Source: the human T2T-CHM13v2.0 reference genome, Homo sapiens
Length of the DNA stretch: 64,000 bases
Assembly: GCF_009914755.1 (NCBI RefSeq)
Contig: NC_060926.1
Strand: one strand, 5' to 3'
A model generated the notes under the pieces. That model made no database searches and had not been told where the DNA came from. It was given only the letters and a program-made list of their open reading frames with translations. A program made the translations under genes and the position numbers. Positions 25,771 to 40,390 of the stretch are shown here, one piece after another (position 1 is the first letter of the stretch; each line of letters starts with the position of its first letter).

Positions 25771-27608
25771 ATACTTTTTTTTTTTTTGACTTTACTTGAT
25801 TTCTTAAGGAGGCTGTTTATACAGGATAAACACACTATGAGAAGTTCTGTGCAGAAATTGTAGTCTTCCTCATAAATTACTAAACTGGCTTTTTAATGCA
25901 AATCAGTAACCCTGGGCATAACTGGCAATCTCTAAGAGCCTGTTCATCCCAGAACAACTGATCTTAACCTTGAACAAGCCACATTGGAGACTTAGGCATG
26001 TAAACTTGGGGGAGAGCGAGAAGTGGATTTTAAAAGGCAGGGTTAAGAGGGAGAAGAACAAAAACAGAAGCATAGCTTGAGCATGAACAAGGAATGACAA
26101 AAAAGGCCCAAAAGACTGGGAAGGCACAAAATTAAGAAATCAACAGTTTTCTGCAAACTTCTTTGTGCCATGCACTCCTCTGGTACTGTTACCTTTATTC
26201 GTGATTAAGTATCACCTTACTGCTGATTTCTACACTGAGATTACATGGATACAGGTAATGGCCTATATTTGAAGCAAAGTAAAAACATTTAGAAGACTTG
26301 CCTTGTGAGAGACTAAGCCAATTAACAAAGCAGACTGACCATGCCCCTTTTGCTATTCCAGGGAACAAAGACTCCTATCATTCTGTGGAGGTATCCAAAG
26401 AATTCAAGTAGTTATGGCAGTTTTGGGCAAGGACCCAATTACATTTCAACTTAAAATTTCACAAGGCTTTTCAATACAACACACAGTCTGGAGATCCCAA
26501 AAGAATTCTTCAAAAATGGAACTTAAATGTTAAAGAAATTCCTTAAAAATAAATTAATATGACAATGTGCCAAGCACTGCATTCATTCCAAGCTTAGAGG
26601 GGAAGAAAAAAAATACACACACAGACACACATAGGTTATTTAGTGTGTCAAAGTTCCATAAAATAAAAAAATTCATTTTGTACACCCTTGATGTCTCAGG
26701 CATCCTTACATGTGGGACAGATTTAGATCTTAGATAACAAAATCCCAAAGTAAAGACATCCTGCCTAGATTCAGAGATCTGGCTCACAGTATGGCTTCAG
26801 AAATGCAAATTATATCATTTGTTTGATAGCTTATATTATTAACAATTATGTGAGACATTTCGAAAGTATGGTTTGGGGAAATTGAAATTATATTATTAAG
26901 TGTAAAATTATCATTAAAACTATTGCATTCAGCCATTGGTCCAGTATCTGTTGACATAAACATATTGTATTCACTACTTGGAATACCAAACTATTCAAAT
27001 ACAGTTCCAAGATAAATAGAAAGAAGTAACTAATAAAAGTTGGGCTCTTGGCCAGTCTGGACTGCTAACTTAAGCCATTTTAGAAGGGAAGAAAGTCTGG
27101 CTTCTCAAGATGCTGCAATTTCATGATTAAATATTTTTATCTATTTCAGTGTTTTCCAATTGATATTTCAGGCTGAGGAAGCAACTGAAATAGTTAATGA
27201 GAAAAATGACATAGCTATCACTTGGAAAAAAAATATTTTTCACACCAGATCCTAGGGACAAGTAAGAATCTTCAGGATTCACTCCTCATGGTAAAAACCT
27301 TCATGGCCATGAAACCATCCTGCCAAGCCTTTCCCGAAAGCTCAGATGCACAACTTACACCTTTAGGACTGCAACAAAAAAATAAAAACACTTGGAATTC
27401 TCATCTTTCTATTTTAAAACAAAGAAAGACCTTAGGAAATTATCTGGTTCAAAATTTCCCGAAGTGGGTTTCATGAAACATTATTTTTCAAAAATGTTCT
27501 TAATAATGGCAGGGTGATCAAATAAGTATGAGAGCACTCTTATAGAGTCATAATCATATTAAGTCATGAATAACGCAGAGAAGGCCTATAGAAAGGATCA
27601 GACTTTTA

Positions 27609-27930
27609 TTTATTTTTTATTTATTCTTTTTTTTTTTTTTTTTTTTGAGACGAAGTTTCACTCTTGTTGCCCAGGCTGGTGTGCAGTGGCACGACTTCTG
27701 CTCATTGCAACCTCCGCCTCCTGGGTTCAGGTGATTCTCCTGCCTCAGCCTTCCTAGTAGCTGGGATTTCAAGCAAGTGCCACCACGCCCGGCTAATTTT
27801 TGTATTTTTAGTAGAGACGAGGTTTCACCATGTTGGCCAGGCAGGTCTTGAATGCCTGACCTCAGGTGATCCGCCCCACCTTGGCCTCCCAATGTGCTGG
27901 GATTACAGGCGTGAGCCACCATGCCCGGCC
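27609..27930 (-). mobile_element. AluS (Sq-like)
   Basis: gaagtttcactcttgttgcccagg; TSD aggatca(g/a)actttta at 27594-27608 and 27931-27945. Confidence 0.95.
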
Positions 27931-28039
27931 AGGATCAAACTTTTAAAAAAACTTAAATTTTCATCAAACCTATTTGAGCATAGAACCCTTTCTGCAGTAT
28001 TTATTAAAATCCTGTATAATTATTGTTTTGTAGAAAATG

Positions 28040-28390
28040 CCTTATCTCATATGAAGAAACTGAAGTCCAGACAGGTGAGATGACTGTCCCAAGGTCATAC
28101 AATTAGTTGGTGAATAAACTAAAAGCAGACCTCACTTCTCAGGACCATATCAGGTATTCCTTTTGGTACTATTGTTGTCCTTCTTCTACAATACCTACAC
28201 TCCTTAAAGGATCACAGACTAGAAGAACCACATCTTGGAGACCACCTAGTCCAAAGCCTTCCCAGAAAGCTAGGGAAATACAGTTTCAGAAAAGTAAAGC
28301 AGTTTGCCCAAAGTGACATATAAAATTCATTCTTGTAGAACTAGAACATAGCTCTTAATTCCAACACTAGTATCTTTCCACAACAGCATG
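28040..28390 (-). mobile_element. Two adjacent MIR relics
   Basis: atgaagaaactgaagtccagacaggtgagatgactgtcccaaggtcatac and ggaaatacagtttcagaaaagtaaagcagtttgcccaaagtgac. Confidence 0.6.
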
Positions 28391-28543
28391 CTAATTCCTG
28401 CAAAGCCAACACTTTTGGCCTCTGAGGTAAAGAATTCACAGACAAGAGGGGTTTTAGCTATTAAGGGCCCATTAAATATTTATTAAACCATACTAGTGTC
28501 AATAGATACCTTAAATCAATTAAACATGATTGTCTTTACTTAC

Positions 28544-28621
28544 AAATGTCATCCATTGTGACAGGGAATCAACGTTTCAAGCTGTTGAACAGGTCATCAA
28601 CCCTGTCCTGTTGGATGACAC
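28544..28621 (-). other. CHN1: Candidate 78-nt poison (PTC-containing) cassette exon of CHN1 embedded in a hairpin
   Basis: Branch-like tactcac, acceptor ttttatttacag|G and donor TTT|gtaagt. In phase 0 it reads VSSNRTGLMTCSTA* . Arms 28534-28555 and 28612-28633 are complementary. Confidence 0.5.
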
Positions 28622-29529
28622 CTGTAAATAAAATAAATCTATTTTTGAGTGAGTAGATTTTAAGCCAGCTAGATTTAAGATGCATGCGGTTTAAAGCAAA
28701 GAGTAATTTTAAAAATGATTCTTAATTATGTACTGCCGCAGAGAGATACTTCCCAGTGCCAGCAATTTCACTCTCAGTAGCTATCGCTGTCCACCAGCAC
28801 AAAACAAGACCAGGGAATTCAGTACAGAAAGTTGCTAGAATACACAGGGAATCATGACTCCTGGAGCTACAAGGGTGTTCTAGGTATCTACCTCAGCTTA
28901 CTATCTCTGTGAATATCAGTTCCACTTTGACTGGGGGACAACCAAGGCCTGGTGAAGTCAAATGACTTGCCTAATGTTAAACAGCTAAGTGTCTTTAGCT
29001 AAAGTCCCTTGGTGTTGGAAAGCACGTTCAGAATGCATTAACAAAGGTTTTCACTAGGCTGATCAATTTTGAAAGACTCACATGTACACATTTTTAAACA
29101 TTTCACAAATGCTGACTTAGAATGTTCTAGCAAATCTGCAAAGAATATAATGTCAGTATTATTCAAATACAAGCATTACTAAAAAATGCCATAAATGGAA
29201 AATCAACCAATAGTCAGAAAATGGGAACTAGACCATGAAAAGAATATTAAATACAGCAGGTATTAAGGATTTTAAGTTCTGGCTACTTCCAAACAAGATT
29301 TGTGGTTCCTAACAATATGAATATATAAAAAAACAATTTTTATACATTTTCTACAGCTTATCCTTTTAAATGTTGTTTTCTCCGTAGCAACAAAATGCCA
29401 ATGTAAGATCTGCCAAAAACTAAAATTTGAGCTGGACACAAACTTTCTTATTTCCATTCTGTACCCAAATACTCTAAGGTAATGGGAAGTTATTTGAGGA
29501 TGCTGCCTTGAGGTCAGATGGCTGCTATA

Positions 29530-29725
29530 TAATAACATTACCACCAAACTACATTGAGTGTCTACATGTGCCAAGTGCTGATGGAGCATTTTACGCTTGC
29601 TATCTCACTCACTCCTCACAGCAATTTGACCATTATTACAATTTTACAAATAAGACAATCAAAAGCACAGACAAATTAGGTATTACAACTTGCACACAAA
29701 TCTTGCATAGAATCCGAGCTCAAGA
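29530..29725 (-). mobile_element. MIR relic
   Basis: cattgagtgtctacatgtgccaagtgctg...attattacaattttacaaataagacaatcaaaagcacag. Confidence 0.65.
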
Positions 29726-30122
29726 CCTATTGCATTTCTTTGGTTTAGCAATTGAAGATTCTTAAAAACATAAAAATGAATTGACACAGTTCCAATTACA
29801 ATACCTAAAATGCCCCCAACTAAATGTCACACACTATAAAACATCAGGAAAATCTCTTACTTTTTTCTTGGGGGTGAGGAGGAGGCTGGTGGCAATTTTC
29901 AAAAGTAAAATAATCTTAATGCCAAGAAATTAAAACTTTTATGTTAACCTGAAATATATCACAACTAAAATATGACAGCTAAAAAACTTAAATTGTCTTT
30001 TAGAATTAATTGTCTTTTATAATTAAGGAAAAGTAAAAGTGAATCTTACTCATTCAATTACTTCTTAACAGATTATAAAGAGATAAATCCTCCTCCTATT
30101 CAAGAATGACTGACTCCCAAAA

Positions 30123-30167
30123 TGTGTGTGTATACATACACACACACATAATATACACACACACATA
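30123..30167. repeat. Interrupted (TG)/(CA) microsatellite
   Basis: tgtgtgtgtatacatacacacacacataatatacacacacacat. Confidence 0.8.
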
Positions 30168-30442
30168 AAATCTTGCTAAGAACACAACTATTTATAAAGT
30201 AAATTATCTTTAAGGAAAACAAAAAAGTAATTTTGAGAGATAATGCAACCCCCTCAATTACTTACGTAATAGTAGCTATCTTTTCTTGACCAGGAGTTAT
30301 GCTTCTGACCAATCCCCTGAACTATTTTTTATTAGGGGCCATTTTTCCAACATAGTTTTAAAATTGTGAAACTGATAAAACAGAAAACAACCAGGAATAT
30401 AAAAATTTACCTAACATATTTTAATAGAACAAGAATTAGTTA

Positions 30443-30889
<447 letters not shown>

Positions 30890-33522
30890 TCAATGAAATG
30901 GGAAAGATGTTTTTAAGAAAAGTAAGCAACTGAATTCTTTCTGAAAAAAAAACAAAAACAAAAAAAAACTATCGCTTTGTTTTGTGTGTGTCTTCTTTGT
31001 TTAAATAAGCTGTGGCTAATCTCTCTGAATCGTCTGGAATATATAAAATTAAACCTTTGAACACAAAGAATGAGCTTGCAATAATTAGGGACAACTAGTC
31101 AAAAGCATGCCTACCATAGAAATAATTTTTTTTATTTATCTTTTTAAACCACTTTATTATACCTGTGGAAAAAATGGGAGAAAATAAACCTCACACCACA
31201 TTAAAACATAGTCAATATTCAATTGGCCAACTCCATAATAGATGACATTTCTATACTAACATTTTTTCTTCAAGTTGATCAATAAGAATATTCAATGTAC
31301 TTTAGACCTCAGCAGTCATGTATTTTAATAGGAAAGCTCCATTTAGGGCTAACCAGAATATGATGCCAGCAATCACTTAAAGTAGAGCTGACTCCAGAAA
31401 CCTGAGCCATGCAGGGCAGGATGGCACAGAAACACACTTTCGCTACTTCTGGCCACAGGCCAAGGACTTATTCTTTCGTTTTTAAAGAGTCATTATTCTG
31501 TCTGCTGGTTAGGTCTGTGCAAGAAATGTTTGAAATACATACGGCACAAAAGTCATAAGCTATTGGACTATAGAAATTCTGTTTTCAATTTTATGTTCTG
31601 ATGATGTGCTCTAACAACTGAAGAATAATGGTTTACTTTTATGATAATTTCAGTATTTTGCTTCCTGCAGCAGACCTCAGAAATGGATCCAATTTGGCAT
31701 GATTAACATCAGTGTCCTTGCAGGAAGACACAGGCAAGAAAATGCACTGACTTTAATGAAAGCAGATGTCAAAAGGCAACAAGGCAACAAGAGCTGCCAG
31801 TGTAATGGTCTCCTGAAGGTAACCCCGAGTGAGACTAATTAAAAACTAAACAAGTCACAAAGGATATATTTAATTTCATTGTTAAAAGTACAACAGAACA
31901 GGGATGAACTAAAATACTAAAATAAACGCTGTTTAAGTAAAGCGTTAAATGGGACTATAAACTTGTTATATAACAAAATTGTTCTGGTATAGGTTATATT
32001 CCAAATGAATAGGAGTTAGGAACATCTTAATGTGGAAATAAAGTATGGAAAGGAAATAAAATATTTTTTAAAATAATAGCCAGACGATGTCTGTTTCTGT
32101 AGTTCAAATTAGACTTTAATAACAATTTAATCTAGAATCCAACGTACTATCCATGTTGGCCCTTCTAAAGCATAATTTATCCATCCTTTAGTAACAATCA
32201 AATTTTGATTTACACTTAAGTGAACTATCCATATAATTACACTTTCTTGTTCTCCATTTTCCTCTAATGTTAAAGACACATTTCTCCCAAGTATATTTTC
32301 ATTATAAAGCCTAAAAAATTAGACAGGTGAAATTTCTACACCAAAGTTAAATATAAAAGTTTTTCAGTTTAATATACTGCTTTCATCATTTCCTTTTTTT
32401 CTAATATACATTATCTGCAACATGGAAAGCAACTCCATAGCTTTTATAAGACTCCTACAATAATAAACACACATAGCATTGAGTCCCTTTATATTTCGGT
32501 TGTATCAGACACATTTCAATGAGGGCTCAGACCATTTTACTCCTGCTGGGACTTACGATTTTACAGTGGGCATTTCTACAGTGGATACAGAACTTAAAAA
32601 CAATCCAAGCAATGGTGTCAGTCATTTAGTACTCAATTGCCTTTTGAAATCTGAGAAGTATGGGGGGCACAGGGCATGAAGGGAAGATGGCTGCACTGGG
32701 AATGGTTTGATTGACTAGGAACTAGGAAGTCTAGAGTTAACTTCCTAGTTCTTTCCAATGGACGATGCCTAATTCATCCAAGAAGAGGCCTGGCTACCTG
32801 TAAGGAGCTGTGCAAAAAACCCTATTTATCCTTTTCTCTTTCTCAACTCAGTGATTTCAGGAGACCCTGCCCACAATTTCCAATTCCTGCTCCGCCTGTA
32901 CTTCAGCTCCAGGCTTCCAATCCAATAAAACTTTCAGTCTAAAGGGAGATGATCACATAACCAAAAAACTTATAACATGGTTTGATTAAAACTTTGCTTC
33001 AAAGGGTAAAAATAAAAAATTTCCATTTTGGAATTATGATTGATCTTTTTAAAGAAAAACTGCATTATATTTTACTAAGAGAACTGCCAAGCTTTCCTGG
33101 CCTACTCTGAACTACTCTCTTTTACTTGGGAAGTTACCTAGGAACAGCACCACAGCACAGACTGTCAAAGATTTCTCCACTTTCTTTATCTGAAAGGCAT
33201 ATTGTGCTTTGTGGGATTAGAAGAAGAGAAAGAAGACAGAAAATCTTTGAGAAAGGTGGGAATGGATGTGCCCATTCTACATAAGAAGAGCCATAAAGGG
33301 GGAGATTCCAAATCTAAGGTCAAAGAAAGACTCTTTCCTTGAAGTTCACTGCTTGCAGACTGTCATTTATTCAACAAATAGTTAACAAAACATCCAGGTA
33401 CTTTACTGTCAAGTATTAGGTGGTTCACAATAGAGTTCCTATCGCTTGGTAACCCCAGTGGTAAAAAGATAAAACAGGTCAATACAAATACACAAAGTGC
33501 TAAATTTAAAAAAGTCTATCTT

Positions 33523-33818
<296 letters not shown>

Positions 33819-34094
33819 GTCCGTCTTCAGATTGATCTATTTTAATAACTATATACATATAGAATCTTGCTCTTATGTAGAAAGATTCTGTAAAGTGATT
33901 CACAAAACCAAGTGAATCCAGTATCTCCCTCATACCATAAAACCAAGAAACTCACTGCCTAGTAAAACAGAGCACAACAATTAGGCTTACATAAGATCTC
34001 AGAGCTACTGCTTATGTCCAAGTACAAAAGCATCCTTGCAGTCTTCTCCTGTAGTCTTGAAATATGGTTTGGCCAAGGGAAGGCAAATGTGGGT

Positions 34095-34310
34095 CCTATA
34101 TGTTTAAGAGAAAACCTTAGGCTTTGGCATCAGACAGTTGTAAGTTTAAATCCTGGATCTGCCACTTCCTAGCTGGGTGACTTTGGGGAAATCATTCGTC
34201 AGATTCTGCATCTAAAAAATAGGAATAACATCACCCTACCCCAGATGGCTGTGAGGATTACATGAAGATATTTAAGTCAAAGCTAAATATATATAGTAGG
34301 CTCGAGTGGT
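34095..34310 (+). mobile_element. MIR relic
   Basis: aaatcctggatctgccacttcctagctgggtgactttggggaaatca...ctgtgaggatta. Confidence 0.8.
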
Positions 34311-35849
34311 AGTTCCCTTTCTCCTTCTCTGTTAGCTTAGGCCCCTGCAGAGAATGACAGAATGAGTTACCAACACTAAAGTAAAACAGCAAAAATATTC
34401 AATAGATATGCATGGAAGATGGCTAAATAAATAACTGGCAACACTGGCTGTACAGGAACATCTCTGCACTGATTTACTTTACAGTTAACAAAAGGCAAGG
34501 AGGAGCTCTTTGTGAAATTTTCTCCTGGATGTCTCTGAATAAGTTTGTATTTGCCACTTGGTTAAATAGAGTGGGAAGACAACAGAGTGCAAATCGGGTA
34601 GGAGGAGCAAGCAAAGAAGGTCTTTCCACTGTGTCCTGGGAATGAGGCCTCTGAATTCAAAGGAGAAAGCTGAGAGATTTACATATATTGAAAGCGGGAC
34701 ATATTAAGTGGACCTAGTGACAGCTACTGAACCCTAGACTACAGAGCATTGATTTGTAAAAACTGTTGAGGCTAAATCATTTCCCTTTGACTTTTATAAG
34801 ATAATTTTCTTTTCATCTTTTCCTTTTATTATCTGACTCTGCCCTTGCTTAATAGCTGTTTATTCCTTGGTGAACATACTTGAAGCTGCATAGGCCCAAC
34901 TCTCACCTAGGTAGAGTTCAGCAAGATGAAAATTCATTTTCTCCAGAGTGTTACTATAGTAAACAAATAGAAAAGAAAGGCTTTTAACTGCTACTGTTGT
35001 ACATAATGCCACTTTCTAGAAAGAATATCTTTCTCCAGTGATTCCAGGTTTCGGGTTTCCTATTTTAAAAAGCTGTTTAATGCTGTGCCCAGATGCATTC
35101 AGATGCATTTCAAGATATACAATTCTAACATCTTTTTAAAAATAAACAAAATCCTTAATATACCATCTTTTCTATTTTTCAGCAAATAAATCATATCGAC
35201 AAAAAATTCAGTCTAGAAGAAAAAATGATGACAAAATATATACAGAATAGCTTTCGGAATTTTACTTTACTTTATGCAAAACCAAGAATTAATTCTAATT
35301 TGAGGCCAAAGTGATTTGAAAGGATCTCTTCAAAGGAAAGCTCCAAGCTAACAGATGTTTTGTGTTAACAAACAGAAAACAAAACATATACAACACACTC
35401 GTCTAAGCTTACAATAAAATGTTAGAAGTATTTCCAGCAACCAACATACAAAAACAGTTTTATTTATCATAAATATATATTTGTCTGTTGTTTATCAGAG
35501 TCAAAAAAGCTAATCTAATGGTGAAATATAAATATACATTCATTCAATCATAAGATACTCTTGGAAGAAAATTTAAAACAGAAATAAAATATGATGATGC
35601 ATTCGATTAAGTACTACAAAATAAATTTAGATGAATTCTATGAACTAAGGAAGGCTATGGAAGAGAGAGCATAGTTATATACAACATTAAAATGATATCC
35701 CATCCAAAACTTTGTCAGGCTATGACTTTTGTCTATCTTGCTATACAATTTTGGATTATGGAGAAAAGTATTAAATTATGTCAACACATAATGATATTTC
35801 CTTGGCCAAATAAATCATTTTCAGTGAAGAAGAAATCCAATTTGCCTAA

Positions 35850-37500
<1,651 letters not shown>

Positions 37501-37762
37501 TAATATTATGCATTTGAGGGATCCTATCACATGATTTTTCCCTCTTGAAAATTGTTAATGGTTCACTATTGCCTATGAGTCCTTAAGAATCGGTTATTAG
37601 TTTTACTTACTTTAAAGCACCAGAGACTGGCATAGTACTTGGCATATATCATGCCTCCTAAGTAAGTGGAATAGAATTAGTAAAGACTTCATAAATAGTT
37701 TCCCCTAAGTTAGCTAGCTATATGTAACAATAAAAAGAATTTTTGAAAATACACAGAAATTA

Positions 37763-38101
<339 letters not shown>

Positions 38102-38255
38102 TTACCGTAGTTTTGCTGGACATAATTTAAAAAGTGATAATTACCATGATAGAGTGTTTGCCATTTACAGAGCCATAATGGTCTTAGTGTGATGACCTAT
38201 ATAATATGAAGCTGCTTTTTCTATTGACATTTGGGAGTAAATAAGTGATATACAA

Positions 38256-38518
38256 TTTTTCTTTTTTTTCTGAGACAGAGTCTCCCTGACCTCAGGCTGG
38301 AGTGCAGTGGCATAATCTTGGCTCACTGCAACCTCCACCTCCCTGATTCAAGTAATCCCGAGTAGCTGGGATTACAGACGTGCACCACCAAGCCCAGCTA
38401 ATATTTAGTAGAGTTGGGGTTTTGCCATGTTGGCCAGGCTGGTCTTGAACTCCTGGCTTCGTGTGACCTGCCTGCCTCAGCCTCCAAAAGTGCTGGGATT
38501 ACATTCGTGAGCCTGGCC
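38256..38518 (-). mobile_element. AluS with internal deletions
   Basis: tgagacagagtctc...ggctcactgcaacctcc...tgctgggattaca. Confidence 0.9.
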
Positions 38519-39594
38519 TACAAACAACTTTTCTAATTTAGTGAGCCAATTATAGTAACTTGTGCTACCTACTATGTTTCATTTTACTACTAAACCACAG
38601 GACCAATACTAAATACTGTGTCCCACTACTACATAAATTTATATTTGTACTTACAGAAAAGTATTTTACATGCATTCCAATCATTTAAAAACTAGAGTAG
38701 GCCTAGAAATAATCAACATGTTTGAATAATAGACTTGGCATATTCAAGAGTTGGTGATCAGTCCCATTAAAAGCTAATTGAAATCTTATTATAAATGAGG
38801 TTACTACTATGTCAGGATAAAAAGTCACACCATGACAGAAGTCTACAAAAGCACAGAGTAAAACATGAGTGTGAGTGCTTATAGAGTTCTATACATGTAT
38901 AAGTGTGAGTGTGTGTATAAACACAAACCCACAAATTCATATGCAGGTTTTTCAGATCCCTATTTAATTCTGTTAAACAATACAATGCTTTTATTTAATC
39001 ATTTCCATATAAATTACACCATCCTAAGTATCATATGTGGAATACAATTTAACATTTTTCTTGGTGACTCAAGTTTATTAACATATTAGTGTTTGAATAC
39101 AGAAATATCCCAAAGACTATTGTAGTGTATTGAGTTGCCTTTCTCTTACCTAAATTGACCCCAATTATTAAACTTCTAGTTCTTAGATCTAGTTTTATAT
39201 TTCTAAATCCTCCTTGCAGGTTATTAACTGTGTTCTCCTTCCAATTCGCTTTTTATCCACTGTAAGCTTGGAAACAAGACAAAAGGATTTATTAAGTTTT
39301 ATATAAAACTGTCTTAAATAGACTCTGATTGGGATTATTGAGCACTCTTTTGCAATAAAGGCATGGGTTTTGTGATGGGTATTTAGGCATTTCCCATTTA
39401 TTTCCAGCTTCAGGACCATGTTTTGGAGGTCTGATGCTGCCAACAGTCTGGTTTCCATATGGGCAGGATGCTACTATAAATGAGCAGACACAGGCCTAAA
39501 TTTGGTCAAGTACATGCCTTAGGTTTAGGACTTAGTGTTCATTAACAATCAGCAAAGTATCACATTTTTCTCAGAAAAAAATGTCTTACTAAAA

Positions 39595-39855
39595 AAATCA
39601 GTTTATTAATGTATAATTTACATAGAATAAACTGCTTCCATTGCAAGTGCACAATTCAATGAGTTTTGGCATATATTATTATCATGGTCAAGATGCAGAA
39701 CATTTCCAATACCTCCAATGGCTTCCTCATGCCCTTTTGCAGTTTGGCGTTGTCCTATTTAACCACTTAATCTGTTTTCTGTTACTTCTGTTACTATAAT
39801 TTTCTATTTTATATAAATGGAATTACATAACATGTATTCTTTTGTGCTTGGATAG
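39595..39855 (-). mobile_element. Ancient L1M(C/E) 3' end
   Basis: tttattaatgtataatttacatag...aagtgcacaattcaatgagttttggca...caagatgcagaacatttcc. Confidence 0.75.
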
Positions 39856-40164
39856 CTAAGTTTTTAAGATAAAAAATTACATTAAGCTGATGGCGATTCT
39901 TCTTATCAGACTTTAAATACAACTAGACTAGGATTTCTGACTATGGAAAAGCAATAAACCATATTTGTATTTGCTACTTAGTTTCTGGGGTTAATTAGCT
40001 TTTTCTCTCTAATGAAGATATTAGGCATCAGATATAATCAACCTATTAGATGAAAAAAAGAATTATCAACATAACAATAGTTACCACTTGTTGATTTGTA
40101 ATGGCTAATAAGCAAAAGGCTTAAAATGTAATACAGAATGTATTTCTGTGTTTATTTTAATAAT

Positions 40165-40390
40165 ACTATCTAATACTTTTTGAGTGTTATATCCTAGGCA
40201 CTATGTATGTATTAACTCAAATAATCCCTCCAGTGTCTCTAGGAGGTATTACTATTATTACATCCTCATCTTATAGATAAGGAAACTGAAACTTAGGGAG
40301 ATAAAGTAACTTGCCTAAAGTCATATAGAAAATGTAAAAAAGAATTTGCATCCAGGACTGTCTGACTGCAAGGCATTTTCTGAATAATCA
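40165..40390 (-). mobile_element. MIR relic
   Basis: cttatagataaggaaactgaaacttagggagataaagtaacttgcctaaagtcat. Confidence 0.8.

Noticed and set aside
27566-28083. Alu-derived ORFs (also near 15002-15368, 17321, 19830, 33685, 43647-44597, 53276, 56721, 58236, 63388-63809)
   Set aside because: These are translations of Alu sequence, not genes.
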